DNA of 64,000 bases from a virus, in IMG/VR virus record IMGVR_UViG_3300042888_002665; one strand, 5' to 3'. Under the pieces are notes generated by a model that had not been told where the DNA came from, did no database searches, and saw nothing but the letters and a program-made list of their open reading frames with translations. The position numbers were made by a program, and so were the translations under genes. Below, piece by piece: positions 1 through 10,829 of the stretch (its first letter is position 1; the number at the start of each line of letters is the position of its first letter).

Positions 1-55
1 CATCGGTATTATTGAATTGGACTGAACCTGTAATTACGGCGCTATGTATTAACAT
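1..55 (-). CDS. Partial (5' end) tail-fibre-family gene running off the window start
   Basis: ATG at 55 reads MLIHSAVITGSVQFNNTD with no stop to the window edge. It resembles the N-termini of neighbouring fibre genes (MRIHSPQITGS, MILYNPTVSGS) and abuts the stop of the ORF at 56. Confidence 0.65.
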   Translation of the reverse strand, partial: MLIHSAVITGSVQFNNTD

Positions 56-1402
56 TTATTGTATATTATTACGTTGTAGTATTTCTTTTAATGTATCGTT
101 TTCTGATTTGAGTTCTTGGATTGCTTTAACTAGGACTGGAATTAATGCTCCTGGTCCTACTGTTTTATAAGTAATTCCATCATTATCATCTTTCCACTCA
201 CCTACTGCATCTGGAAATATTTCTTCTACTTCTTGTGCAATAAATCCAAGTTGGTTTTTTCTACCTTCATTGAATTCTTCTTTAAAATCAAATCTAACTG
301 GTCTTAATGCTGTTATTACATCTAAGCCTTGTTCACTATTTGTAATATTTTCTTTAGTACGAATATCTGATATAGATTGGACTGAGGTATTAGTTGCATA
401 AATAACACCCTCTGTAAATCTGACCTGTTGTGTTAATATTCCTGGTTGTTTTTTATAAAATCTAAAGTCAGCTCCATATTCATAGAATGCCATTGTATCA
501 TTAGCAGTAACACTATAATCACCAGCAACTGATGGAAATCCTCTTAATACTAATCCATGGTATGGGTCATTTGCCAATGACATATTAGCATACTCAAACC
601 CAGTATTACCATGTTTTATACTAAATGTTGCCATTGTAGATGAAGTCCCACCAGCATCTACAGTTAATTTTGCAAGAGGAGAACTTGTACCTATCCCAAC
701 ATTACCACCTCCGGCTTGCATTATTATATTTATATCATCAGCAATATTTAAACGAGTACCTTGTAATTCAGCAAAAGTATTAGCTCCATTTCCCCCAAAT
801 CCAATTCTTAATGTTCTGTGTCCGTTATCAGTTCCTTGATTAGATATCCCTAAATAAACATTTGAACCAGTAGCAGCAATGTGGGTTCTGTATAAGGGTG
901 AAATAGTTCCAATACCTACGTTTGCATCCGTAGTCATTGCTAATATATTTTGATTTGATACTGATTTATCAGTTTTATAATAAAGTTTATCAGTAGCACC
1001 ATATTTTGTAATAGTGTTATTAGCTGCAGGGAATTTAAATAATTCGGCTTCACTAGTAACATTTCTAAAATTAATTTGTGCTGATGTATGGATTGAATCA
1101 GGTAATGTTATTACACCTTTATTTACATTTAATGAACCAGTTATTAATATACTTCCAGTAAATTCATGTGTATTAGTAGACAACGCCCCATTACGCGTTG
1201 ATCCCGTATTAAATTCAATTGATGATGTAATAATTTGCACATTAATCGTTTGTGCAGTTAGCGTTCCACCAACAGTAAAGTTATCAGCATACGATGCGGT
1301 AGCAGCAGTGCCAAAAAGCGATCCAGTAAACGAACCTGATAGGTTCGTTGTGCCTTGTGCTACTGTAGTTGTTCCTTTTAGTATTGGGGAAAATATTTTC
1401 AT
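56..1402 (-). CDS. Tail fibre/spike protein with C-terminal intramolecular chaperone (peptidase S74-like autocleavage domain)
   Basis: The C-terminus SDIRTKENI...LRPVRFDFK...LGFIAQEVEEIFPDAV...LVKAIQELKSEN plus a coiled coil is the typical S74 chaperone pattern. It also has VGIGT fibre repeats. Confidence 0.88.
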   Translation of the reverse strand: MKIFSPILKGTTTVAQGTTNLSGSFTGSLFGTAATASYADNFTVGGTLTAQTINVQIITSSIEFNTGSTRNGALSTNTHEFTGSILITGSLNVNKGVITLPDSIHTSAQINFRNVTSEAELFKFPAANNTITKYGATDKLYYKTDKSVSNQNILAMTTDANVGIGTISPLYRTHIAATGSNVYLGISNQGTDNGHRTLRIGFGGNGANTFAELQGTRLNIADDINIIMQAGGGNVGIGTSSPLAKLTVDAGGTSSTMATFSIKHGNTGFEYANMSLANDPYHGLVLRGFPSVAGDYSVTANDTMAFYEYGADFRFYKKQPGILTQQVRFTEGVIYATNTSVQSISDIRTKENITNSEQGLDVITALRPVRFDFKEEFNEGRKNQLGFIAQEVEEIFPDAVGEWKDDNDGITYKTVGPGALIPVLVKAIQELKSENDTLKEILQRNNIQ

Positions 1403-1411
1403 TATTGTATG

Positions 1412-1657
1412 TTATTGCGTTACATTCTGAGTTAATTGAAATGCTGCTATTACTTCTTCAGTCCATACTGCATTTGCTATTGCTTGTACTTTTGCATCTT
1501 CATTTGTTATATCATCTCCTGGTGATAATGTATGTCTATGCAATGTTCTAGTTATTTCTATACCATCCCTTTCAATAATAGTTGCTGTGCGAACTTGTAT
1601 ATGATTTGACTGTATAAGTTCTACTAAATCTACTAATGTTCTTTCTGTTAATGCCAT
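1412..1657 (-). CDS. Small conserved phage tail-associated protein
   Basis: 81 aa ORF between fibre genes. The QVR..T.I..DG.EI.R..HR..L.PG.D....D..VQAIA.AVW pattern is familiar from small proteins next to phage fibre genes. Confidence 0.6.
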   Translation of the reverse strand: MALTERTLVDLVELIQSNHIQVRTATIIERDGIEITRTLHRHTLSPGDDITNEDAKVQAIANAVWTEEVIAAFQLTQNVTQ

Positions 1658-1674
1658 TTTATTTTTAATTTATA

Positions 1675-2616
1675 TTATACTATATAAGTAATTGTAAATC
1701 CAAATTCATCATTTGCTGATAATGCTGATATTGATAAATCAGTTGGGTTACCATTATCATATCCTTCATAGATATATACTACACTAGTTGATCCTATTGT
1801 TACAAATTTTAATACTATATAATTACCAAGAGTATCTATTCCTTTTGTATCAATAACTCCTTGTGCTTCTGTATTTGCTACTTTAGCAAATGGAAGTCCA
1901 GTTACTTGTAAATAACCTGACCCACCACCAGTTATAGAAGCAGCAATATTAATTCTAGTTGTTACTGTTACTTGCCTTCCTATTTTTGTATAATGTGAAT
2001 AATGAGAAGCTATTTCATATGTGCCAGCAGTATTAGCACCTCTAATTACTGGTGTCCATGTTCCTTCCTCATAATCATCTAATGTATTAGCATCTGATGA
2101 AGCATTTTGTGATGCTGGAAATTTAAGTTGGCCATATGGTAATTCTACTAAACCAGTAGAAGTTATAGTCATTGCTGTCCCCCTATTAGTCCCAAATGCT
2201 AATCTATCTAAATTATGATTATAATTTATAAATCCTTGATCATATAAATTATTTACCCCATCTCCATCACCAAATCTAATTGAAGATAAAGTACTAGTAG
2301 GTGATGAATTTATTTGTATTCCACTTGTTGAAGTAATATTACCAACTGCTAATCCACTATTATTAAACCAACTCCCCGCATTATATGATGTATCAGAAGA
2401 AGTAGCTCCGATTACTAGACTACCACTCATCAACACACTACCAGTAAATTCATGTGTATTAGTTGATAATGTTCCATTACGAGTACTACCAGTATTAAAT
2501 TCAATCGAGGATGTAATCGTTTGTACTACTAATGTTTGTGACGTGATTGTACCTGTAGTAGTGAGCGAGCCCGTTACTACGAGGGAACCTGATACGGTAG
2601 GATTATATAAAATCAT
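1675..2616 (-). CDS. Tail fibre protein
   Basis: Contains ANTLDDYEEGTWTP followed by YTKIGRQV...ITGLPF, a common fibre-tip module. Shares the TSQTLVVQTITSSIEF module with neighbouring genes. Confidence 0.75.
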   Translation of the reverse strand: MILYNPTVSGSLVVTGSLTTTGTITSQTLVVQTITSSIEFNTGSTRNGTLSTNTHEFTGSVLMSGSLVIGATSSDTSYNAGSWFNNSGLAVGNITSTSGIQINSSPTSTLSSIRFGDGDGVNNLYDQGFINYNHNLDRLAFGTNRGTAMTITSTGLVELPYGQLKFPASQNASSDANTLDDYEEGTWTPVIRGANTAGTYEIASHYSHYTKIGRQVTVTTRINIAASITGGGSGYLQVTGLPFAKVANTEAQGVIDTKGIDTLGNYIVLKFVTIGSTSVVYIYEGYDNGNPTDLSISALSANDEFGFTITYIV

Positions 2617-2631
2617 TTAATAGTGTTTTAA

Positions 2632-2640
2632 TATAAATAT
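2632..2640 (-). promoter_or_regulatory. ATATTTATA putative late promoter
   Basis: 15 nt upstream of ATG 2616. Confidence 0.6.
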
Positions 2641-2653
2641 TTGTTATTTATTC

Positions 2654-3004
2654 TTATTCTGTTATTAGAACCCAAGATGTTGTTGTTTCATCCCATATAT
2701 AATGTGATCCATCTGAAGGGTATTCTACTGGTGATTCCCACAAACATGTTTCTTCGTTTAATGCCCAACTATTATATGGTTTAGGTGGAATAAATGCATC
2801 TAAATTATAATCGTATGTAAAACCAATTCCAGCAAAATTCTTGCGTAATGGTTCTCCACCTAATAAATGCTGTCCACCTAATGTATTATACGATGTTTGT
2901 ATCCACATTCCTGGAGTTGAATCTATGAATGTATCAAAAAATTCAGGTTCAGCTACAATCACTTGTGTTACTTTATCTCCTAATACTTTTGCAAAATGTG
3001 CCAT
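2654..3004 (-). CDS. Small conserved phage protein (MAHFA family), tail-fibre associated
   Basis: MAHFAK...WIQTSYN...LRKNFAGIGFTYD...DAFIPPKPYNSW.LNE.TCLWE.P; this type is typically adjacent to Gly-rich fibre genes. Confidence 0.65.
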   Translation of the reverse strand: MAHFAKVLGDKVTQVIVAEPEFFDTFIDSTPGMWIQTSYNTLGGQHLLGGEPLRKNFAGIGFTYDYNLDAFIPPKPYNSWALNEETCLWESPVEYPSDGSHYIWDETTTSWVLITE

Positions 3005-3007
3005 ATT

Positions 3008-5527
3008 TTATCCTATAAATGTTCCTGATGTTGTAAATGTGTGGTATGTGTATCCATTAGATGAGCTAACTGTTCCTCCAATTCCACGTTGAGCACCTTG
3101 GTATCTGATTATAACTATACCAGATCCACCATTTTGTCCTCCTTGAGCACGACCTGCGGCTCCACCACCTCCACCACCTCCGGTGTTTGCAGTTCCTGCA
3201 GTAGCAGTTCCTCCACCACCATTATTAGTACCAGGTATTCCATCTGTAGATGAACCAGCTCCACCACCACCAGTACCTCCTGATGATGTTGCTGTATCCA
3301 GACCTCCAGCACCACCACCACCGCCTCCGGCATATGCAGAACCATTTAACCAAGTCAAACCACTCCCACCAGGTCCACTTGTACGAGTGTTTGCCGCTCC
3401 ATATGCAATACTTCCAGTTTGAGCTCCACCACCTCCACCACCACAACGACCAGATGCAAATCCTGCATTTCCATTATTTCCTTGACCATAAATTCCTAAA
3501 CCAGGCAAACCTGCAGTACCATCACCTCCAGCACCACCACCAGATCCACCAGAGGCTATTGTTTGATCTCCGGATACGTTTTCATCACGCATTCCTGGAC
3601 CCCCACCAACTGCTCTAAAATTAAATGCACCACTATCACCTCCAGCAGCTCCTGTTGTTGATGTAGTACTTGAACCAGCTCCACCAGTACCTACAATTAT
3701 AGGATTTGAAGAACCAGTAATAATCATTGCTGTTGTTGCTATATATCCACCAGCACCACCACCACCGGCTCCACCACCAGCACTATTTGTTCTTTCACCA
3801 CATCCACCACCTCCACCACCACCAACAACTAACAATTCAACTGGGTAAACGGTGGATGATGAATATGAATTAACTCCTTGCCATGTTGTTCCACTAAAAT
3901 ATTCTACAGCAGTAATTGATGTATTAAAACGAATACTTCCAGTATTTGGAGATGCAGGTCGTTGTGCTGTAGTACCTGTAGGTAATGTTAATGTACTTCT
4001 TACAGCTAAATTATCTGCTGATGATGCCGTTGCAGCAAATGATGAGCTAACAGCATTTGTTACTGTTACGTTAGCTGCAGCTACCCAACTAGCCGAATAT
4101 GGAGCCGAACTTGCTACTTGTAAAGTATATCCGGCATAAGACGAGCTAATTGCTGGTAAATCACCTCCAATAGTTGCTATCGCATAGCCCGATGATGCTG
4201 AATCAAATAATAATAGCGATGATGTAAAATCAACTAAACGAATAGTTGTTGGTATTACCATCTCAAACGCATCATCGAATGCTTGTAATGAAACGTATTT
4301 ATCGCCTAAATTATGAGCAAACGACCACGTTGTGGATGCTGTAAAGTATTGTTGTGTTGTTCTACCTTGTACATTTATTATACCACCTATTCCTGCTACT
4401 GCGTAGCCGGCAACTGCTGATCCAAAAGTTAATGTTAATGTATTTGCATCGGTAGCTACTATTGTTTGTGGTATAATAACGTTATTATTATTATCATATA
4501 CCGTTACATTCGGATATTGTACACCTAAATTGTGTGAAACTGTCCACGTTGATGCTGCTGATGATTGTGTATGTATTTTACCACCTGCGGTTAGACCTGT
4601 AATACCAGAGCCATCACCAACAAATGAGCCGGATATGGTAGAGCCGGATACAAATAATGATCCGGTTATAATAGCGGATCCACTAAATGGAAAGCCAACA
4701 CCGGCTCCTGATCCTGAAATGTAGGATGCGGTTAAAGCAAATGATGCTGATACTGCGTTTAGTACATACGATGCTGTTTGTGCTGTAACTACATAAGATG
4801 CAGTAGCAGCATTTGTTATACTACCAGACCAGTATGAAGCGCTTTGTGCATTCAGTACATAAGAAGCAGATTGTGCATTTTCAACATATGATGCTGTAGC
4901 TGAGTTTATGATACTACCTGACCAATATGATGCGCTTTGAGCTTGAACAACATAAGATGCTGTTTGTGCATTTTGCACATATGAAGCGGACTGTGCATTT
5001 TCAACATATGATGCTGTAGCTGAGTTTATGATTGAACCAGACCAGTATGAAGCTGTAGCAACAGACATTGATGATGTCTGATTCGTTAGAATTACATTCG
5101 ATTCATTTACTTGAAGCGATCCAGTTACACTAACTGATCCTGTAAATTGATGTGTGTTTGCTAATAGCGATCCATTAATAGAAGAGCCAGTTACATAATC
5201 AATTGATGATGTAATCGTTTGTACATTAATTGTTTGTGCGGTTAAAGTACCACGTACAGTTAAATTATCGGCGGACGAAGCTGTTGCTGCAAATGATGAG
5301 CTAACAGCATCTAAAACAAATGATGCAGTTAATGCATATGATGAAGTTGGAGATTGTCCTAATAAATGAGATGCAGTTATAGCAAATGAGGCACTTTGGG
5401 CATTTTGAACAAATGATGCCGTAGCAGCAAATGATGCACTTAAAACAGATATAGATGAAGTTATAGTTGTTAATACTATATTTGTATTAGCTGCAGAACC
5501 GGTAATTTGGGGGGAATGTATTCTCAT
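3008..5527 (-). CDS. Long tail fibre-like protein with ASYV repeats and Gly-rich C-terminal domain
   Basis: 839 aa. Has ASYV/ASYWSGS repeats, two W(T/S)(V/F)xHNLG domains, and a Gly-rich tip ending GGSGIVIIRY...GG...YTYHTFT.SG. Confidence 0.8.
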   Translation of the reverse strand: MRIHSPQITGSAANTNIVLTTITSSISVLSASFAATASFVQNAQSASFAITASHLLGQSPTSSYALTASFVLDAVSSSFAATASSADNLTVRGTLTAQTINVQTITSSIDYVTGSSINGSLLANTHQFTGSVSVTGSLQVNESNVILTNQTSSMSVATASYWSGSIINSATASYVENAQSASYVQNAQTASYVVQAQSASYWSGSIINSATASYVENAQSASYVLNAQSASYWSGSITNAATASYVVTAQTASYVLNAVSASFALTASYISGSGAGVGFPFSGSAIITGSLFVSGSTISGSFVGDGSGITGLTAGGKIHTQSSAASTWTVSHNLGVQYPNVTVYDNNNNVIIPQTIVATDANTLTLTFGSAVAGYAVAGIGGIINVQGRTTQQYFTASTTWSFAHNLGDKYVSLQAFDDAFEMVIPTTIRLVDFTSSLLLFDSASSGYAIATIGGDLPAISSSYAGYTLQVASSAPYSASWVAAANVTVTNAVSSSFAATASSADNLAVRSTLTLPTGTTAQRPASPNTGSIRFNTSITAVEYFSGTTWQGVNSYSSSTVYPVELLVVGGGGGGGCGERTNSAGGGAGGGGAGGYIATTAMIITGSSNPIIVGTGGAGSSTTSTTGAAGGDSGAFNFRAVGGGPGMRDENVSGDQTIASGGSGGGAGGDGTAGLPGLGIYGQGNNGNAGFASGRCGGGGGGAQTGSIAYGAANTRTSGPGGSGLTWLNGSAYAGGGGGGAGGLDTATSSGGTGGGGAGSSTDGIPGTNNGGGGTATAGTANTGGGGGGGAAGRAQGGQNGGSGIVIIRYQGAQRGIGGTVSSSNGYTYHTFTTSGTFIG
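4872..5032. repeat. Exact 41-bp direct repeat inside the fibre gene (120-bp period)
   Basis: tgtgcattttcaacatatgatgctgtagctgagtttatgat at 4872-4912 and 4992-5032. Confidence 0.9.
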
Positions 5528-5535
5528 TGTTTATC

Positions 5536-5544
5536 TATAAATAT
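5536..5544 (-). promoter_or_regulatory. ATATTTATA putative late promoter
   Basis: Upstream of ATG 5527. Confidence 0.6.
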
Positions 5545-5548
5545 TTAA

Positions 5549-8500
5549 TTACATAAATGTTCCTAGTGACTTTAACTTCCACCCGGAAGTTGCGGTAGTA
5601 ATATTGAATTGAATTGAGCTCGCCGCAATTGCTGCTTCCGCAATTACTGTTGAAGTATCACCAATATCTACCGTTGAATTATCAGTGAATTGAATCGACC
5701 CACCATTCCAAACAGCCATTACTTCGCCTGTTCGAGCATTAGCACCATTTGCTACAGTATATTTAAAGAATGCAGACGAATATGATCCTGTTGCTAAATT
5801 AAACATATTATTACTACCTACAATACTTGATGGTACTGTATGGTAATCAGTTAATGTTTGGTCAATCGTAAGTGTATTTCCTACTATAAAGTTATTACCA
5901 TATGATGCAGTAGTAGCATTTACAGCATATGATGAAGTTAGAGCATATGATGCTGAAACTGCTGCTAATGATAACTCAACATATGATGCTGTTAGAGCAT
6001 ATGATGATGTTGGGGATTGGCCTAACAAATATGATGCTGTTACAGCATGTGATGCTGAAGTTGCATTTAAAGCAAACGAAGCAAATGATGCTGTTGTAGC
6101 AAATGATGATGTAGCTATATTTATAGATCCACTTATACCCGAAAAGTTAGCAATTGCTACACCAGTAGATGGGAAGGCAAAGTAAATCTCAGCTTCCATA
6201 TCGCTTATAGCGTGTATTCCAGCTGGTATAACTACATTATCTGTTGAATCATATATGATAAAGTTTGGATATCTAGTAGCTAAATTATGTTGGAATGACC
6301 AAGTAACTGCTGTTGATGTTTGATCTAATCTAGCAGTTGATCCATTTACTGTTAAAGTACCACCATTTGAAGCTATTGCAAATCCAGATTCAGGAGCATC
6401 AAAATAAATTGTTGCTTGGTTTGGATCTGATCCAATAATTTCTAATGGTACTATTTGGTGGTATGTTGAATCGTATACTTGTAATAGTGGATTTCTCGTG
6501 TTGAGATTATGCGTAAATGACCAAGTCGTAGCAGCTACTGATTGAGTAAAGGCAACCGTTAAACCCGGAGAATTACCCGCATATGCTGCATATAAAGCAT
6601 GTGATGATGTTGTCGCAAATGATGATGTACCTTGTAGTGAACCAGTAAATGATCCAGTCACATACGTTGCTTTTGTGAAATCAACAAATGATGATGATAC
6701 TAAGAATGAGCCAGTTATTACAGCAGATCCACTAAATGGAAAACCAACTCCACCACCTGATCCTGAAATGTAGGATGCGGTTAGAGCAAATGATGCAGAT
6801 ATTGGGTTACCATTTACCCAATTTCCACTATTATAAATTAATGCTTGGCCGTTTGATGGAGATGTAATATTTACATCAGATAAATCATTTATGTTAGATA
6901 CAGCAGCACCAGCTCCACCAGAGCCCCCAACTGAATTTCTAAATAGGCCAGCTTGAATAATAGCATTTGTTGTATCACCAACTGATAAATCATCGTTAGC
7001 TGCTCCTCCTTTCATTACTAAATAACCAGCAAACACATATGCGTTTTTAGTTACTTCACTTTCAACAAAATCATCTACTGATACAGATTGAACAGCATTT
7101 AAATAAGTAGAATAAATTGCTTGTCCATAATAAACGTGTGATCTGCCTGTTACTGGGTTTACAAATACACGTTGAATAGACCAGTTTCCACTACCTACTG
7201 TAGCTAACGTTCCATCTCCATCATCATAAACTAATGGATTTACAGTAGTATAATATGCTCCTCCATTATTATCGAATAAAAATCCAGAACCTGAACGGTG
7301 TATTCTGATGATACTTGATGTTACATATGTATTAGAATTATATGTACTTGGTAAATCAGGTGAATTTTGATAATATCCACCTAAATTAAATGCAGTTCCG
7401 GATCCAATATTAAGACTTAAACTTCCAACTTGTGGCGTTATTGTAAATCCACTTACTTTTAATGGACCAAACGCACGTGTAAATTCTCCTAATTGTTGAG
7501 GAACATCATATGTTGTTAGCATATTATTTCCTACACCAGTAACTAATGAACCTGTAGCTCCATAATGTGATATTCTACCTATTGGTAAAGCTTCATGGTA
7601 TTGTTCTGGGGTGAAAAATGAAGTTTGTTGTTGTAAATCACCATCAGCATCAATAAAAACATATGTATTTTGAGCACTTGGAGTGGCAATACTATGTGTT
7701 GAAGCCGCCCAATTAACGTAAGTTATTGTTGGTGATATTTCTGAACCTGTAGTAGCATTATGATTTACTATAATACCTGAACCTGATGATACATAGAAGT
7801 TACTAGCTGAATATGTTAAAATACCACCATATAATATTCCAGTATTTAATACTCCTTCGAACCATTTAAATTTGACCTTATTTTCACCTTGTCTGTAATA
7901 TAAATCATATCCAGTAGCAGTATTTGATGCTGAGGTGTATAAAAATGATGATGTATTACTGATTTGGCCAGGATCTAATGTCGGATCTAATCGTAATGGA
8001 CCTGAAACTGTAATTGATCCTGTTAATGTTGTATTTCCAATTTGTATAGTAGAACCAGATACAGTAAATGATCCTGTTATTATTTGATTTCCAACAAATA
8101 CGTTTGAACCAGTAGTAGCAAATATAGTACTATCTTTACCATCTAATAAATCAGCATTTGCAGCATATGATGCACTAACAGCATTTAAAATATAACTAGC
8201 AGTTTCTGCATTCTTAACATAAGAAGCAGTAGCAGCGTTTATAATTGATCCTGACCAATATGAAGCAGATTCAGCTTGTAGTACATATGATGCTGATTGT
8301 GCATTTAAAACATATGATGATGTTAATGCATATGAAGCAGAAGTAGTGTTTATTGCATTATTAGCCCAACTAGCAGTACCTTGTAACGATCCAGTAAATG
8401 AACGAGCAACTATACTTCCGCTTACATCCAAACTACCCGTCATTTGATGACTATTATTTGGATTTAATTGGAATTTTTTATTTGCATTATTATCTAATCC

Positions 8501-10462
8501 ACCAGCAAAGAATTGAACTGGAAAGTTTGAAGCATTACCAATATGCAACTCATTACCAGTAGAGTACAAATATGCATCATTTGCATCACCAATAGATCCG
8601 GTAAATCCTTCACTATTGATACCCATATTAATAAAATTAACTGATTCATTACCATTATTTGCGGTAGCAACTACATCAGATGATGCATTTTCACCTGTAT
8701 TGGTATTCTGAATGTTTAATTGTAGGTAGTTATTTAAATTACCTTTACCTGATATTACGTTATACGATGCTGAAGATGGTTGATATACATACAATGCTTC
8801 AGGAGCCGCAGTAGTGATATCATCTTGATTAATTACTATACTGTAACTTCCAGTTCCATTATCTAATTGTCGTATAACACTATCTGCTAGTACTTGCGAT
8901 GATGTAAAGAACGGAATGTGACCTAAAACAGTATTTTGTAAATTATGTAATGAACCTGAGAATGAGCCTGTTACACGTCCAATGAATGAACCAGTAAATG
9001 ATCCTGTACTATATGATCCACTAAATACTTCTAAAGCAGTTAATCGTGTTGATGCACTACCTGATATAGTAGCATAATCAACTCCATTTATACCTAATGA
9101 ACCTGTTATTCCGACACTACCAGTAAATTGGTGAGTATTGGTTAGTAATGATCCATTTCTAGTACTACCAGTAACAAATTCAATCGATGAAGTTATAGTT
9201 TGAGCTACTATAGTTTGAGCAGTTAATGTACCTCTTACTGTAAAATCATCAGATGATGATGCAGTTTGAGCATATGATGCACTTACAGCATTTAAAACAT
9301 ATGAAGCTGTTTGTGAATTTTGCACATAACTAGCTGTCTGAGCATTTTCTACATATGATGCAGTTGCCGCGTTTGTAATTGAACCAGACCAATATGACGC
9401 ACTTTGTGCATTTTCAATATAGCTAGCAGTATTTGCATTTGATGCAGTTAAAGCAAGTGTAGCATAACTAGCACTTATAGCTTGTAAAACATAAGATGCA
9501 GTAGCAGCATTTATAATTGAACCAGACCAATATGAAGCTGATTCGGCTTGGAGTACATATGAAGCAGTTGCTGCATTTATAATAGATCCAGACCAGTAAG
9601 ATGCTGTAGTAGCATTTGATGCGGTTCCAAATAAGGAACCAGTAAATGAACGTGCTACAATGCTTCCACTAACATCTAAACTACCAGTCATCTGGTGTAG
9701 ATTGTTTGGATTTAATTGTAATTTTCTATTAGTATCTGTATCGATCCCACCTGCAAAGAATTGGATTGGCTTGTTAGATGCATTACCAATATGTAAATCA
9801 TTACCAGTAGAATATAAATAAGCATCGTTTGCAGCACCAATAGATCCTGAAAATGTGCTACTATTAATACCCATATTAACATACTGATTAAATTCACTTC
9901 CATTATTGGCAGTTGCAATTATATCAGAGGATGCTGATGATCCTGAATTGAAATTTTGAATATTAATTTGAGAATAACTGTTGATATCAGATAAAGCTCG
10001 TATTAAGTCAGGTGATGTTGTTACACCCGCATCAACTAAAAATTTCTCATCATTTAAAATACCTGGAAGGTATGGAGCAATAAATAAGCTACCAGAATTA
10101 GTAAATGTAGCTACTCTAGAACCACTAGCATAAATTGATAAATGATGATTAGATAATGTACCTAATACTCTATCTGCTGCACCACCAGTAAAAGTATTAC
10201 CTCCGAGTGCCCAAGCATTATCAGCATAAGAAGCAGTACCGAATAAACTACCTGTAATGCCTTGAGTGACTGTAAGCGAACCAGATACTGTTTGATTACC
10301 TATGAATGTTTGAGAACCACTAATAAAAGCACTACCAGATGTTAAAACAGATCTATCTACAGTAATCCATGATTTAGAAGCACTATCAAATAATGGTACC
10401 CTTCCGTTTTGTTGATCGTAAAGTTTTATTTCTACTGGTTTTCTACCTACTAATTTTGCCAT
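5549..10462 (-). CDS. Very large tail fibre/adhesin-like protein (1637 aa)
   Basis: Ser/Thr/Ala/Gly-rich with ASYV repeats, an internally duplicated ~100 aa domain and HNL domains shared with 3008..5527. Confidence 0.75.
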   Translation of the reverse strand: MAKLVGRKPVEIKLYDQQNGRVPLFDSASKSWITVDRSVLTSGSAFISGSQTFIGNQTVSGSLTVTQGITGSLFGTASYADNAWALGGNTFTGGAADRVLGTLSNHHLSIYASGSRVATFTNSGSLFIAPYLPGILNDEKFLVDAGVTTSPDLIRALSDINSYSQINIQNFNSGSSASSDIIATANNGSEFNQYVNMGINSSTFSGSIGAANDAYLYSTGNDLHIGNASNKPIQFFAGGIDTDTNRKLQLNPNNLHQMTGSLDVSGSIVARSFTGSLFGTASNATTASYWSGSIINAATASYVLQAESASYWSGSIINAATASYVLQAISASYATLALTASNANTASYIENAQSASYWSGSITNAATASYVENAQTASYVQNSQTASYVLNAVSASYAQTASSSDDFTVRGTLTAQTIVAQTITSSIEFVTGSTRNGSLLTNTHQFTGSVGITGSLGINGVDYATISGSASTRLTALEVFSGSYSTGSFTGSFIGRVTGSFSGSLHNLQNTVLGHIPFFTSSQVLADSVIRQLDNGTGSYSIVINQDDITTAAPEALYVYQPSSASYNVISGKGNLNNYLQLNIQNTNTGENASSDVVATANNGNESVNFINMGINSEGFTGSIGDANDAYLYSTGNELHIGNASNFPVQFFAGGLDNNANKKFQLNPNNSHQMTGSLDVSGSIVARSFTGSLQGTASWANNAINTTSASYALTSSYVLNAQSASYVLQAESASYWSGSIINAATASYVKNAETASYILNAVSASYAANADLLDGKDSTIFATTGSNVFVGNQIITGSFTVSGSTIQIGNTTLTGSITVSGPLRLDPTLDPGQISNTSSFLYTSASNTATGYDLYYRQGENKVKFKWFEGVLNTGILYGGILTYSASNFYVSSGSGIIVNHNATTGSEISPTITYVNWAASTHSIATPSAQNTYVFIDADGDLQQQTSFFTPEQYHEALPIGRISHYGATGSLVTGVGNNMLTTYDVPQQLGEFTRAFGPLKVSGFTITPQVGSLSLNIGSGTAFNLGGYYQNSPDLPSTYNSNTYVTSSIIRIHRSGSGFLFDNNGGAYYTTVNPLVYDDGDGTLATVGSGNWSIQRVFVNPVTGRSHVYYGQAIYSTYLNAVQSVSVDDFVESEVTKNAYVFAGYLVMKGGAANDDLSVGDTTNAIIQAGLFRNSVGGSGGAGAAVSNINDLSDVNITSPSNGQALIYNSGNWVNGNPISASFALTASYISGSGGGVGFPFSGSAVITGSFLVSSSFVDFTKATYVTGSFTGSLQGTSSFATTSSHALYAAYAGNSPGLTVAFTQSVAATTWSFTHNLNTRNPLLQVYDSTYHQIVPLEIIGSDPNQATIYFDAPESGFAIASNGGTLTVNGSTARLDQTSTAVTWSFQHNLATRYPNFIIYDSTDNVVIPAGIHAISDMEAEIYFAFPSTGVAIANFSGISGSINIATSSFATTASFASFALNATSASHAVTASYLLGQSPTSSYALTASYVELSLAAVSASYALTSSYAVNATTASYGNNFIVGNTLTIDQTLTDYHTVPSSIVGSNNMFNLATGSYSSAFFKYTVANGANARTGEVMAVWNGGSIQFTDNSTVDIGDTSTVIAEAAIAASSIQFNITTATSGWKLKSLGTFM

Positions 10463-10475
10463 TATTTAATTATTT

Positions 10476-10814
10476 TTAATTAATTGCGTTCTCAAGAACA
10501 GATAATATCACATCTAAACTGCCACTAACAGATGTTTTAATAACAAATGCATCATTTCTTTCTAATACAATTTTACCGGCTAGTGGGTTTAAAGATTCAT
10601 CTACAGGTATTACAGCATTTCTTAATAAGGTAATTTGGGATAATGAACCACTTTTTTGAATTGCTACATCACAAGATTGAATAGAACTTGTTATGTTTGT
10701 AATTTGGCAAGATAAAATAATAGTTGCTACATCTATATTTTCTTGGTATATAGTATTACTACCAGAAACTAAGTTTTTGGTTAATAATCGAAATTTATTT
10801 AAAGCTAATGCCAT
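10476..10814 (-). CDS. Small beta-rich virion protein paired with the upstream beta-helix gene
   Basis: 112 aa, predicted all-beta pattern (IILSCQITN...LNPLAGKIVLE..D.....V.....LD.ILS.LE); tightly spaced within the operon. Confidence 0.55.
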   Translation of the reverse strand: MALALNKFRLLTKNLVSGSNTIYQENIDVATIILSCQITNITSSIQSCDVAIQKSGSLSQITLLRNAVIPVDESLNPLAGKIVLERNDAFVIKTSVSGSLDVILSVLENAIN

Positions 10815-10829
10815 ATTTTTATTATTTAT

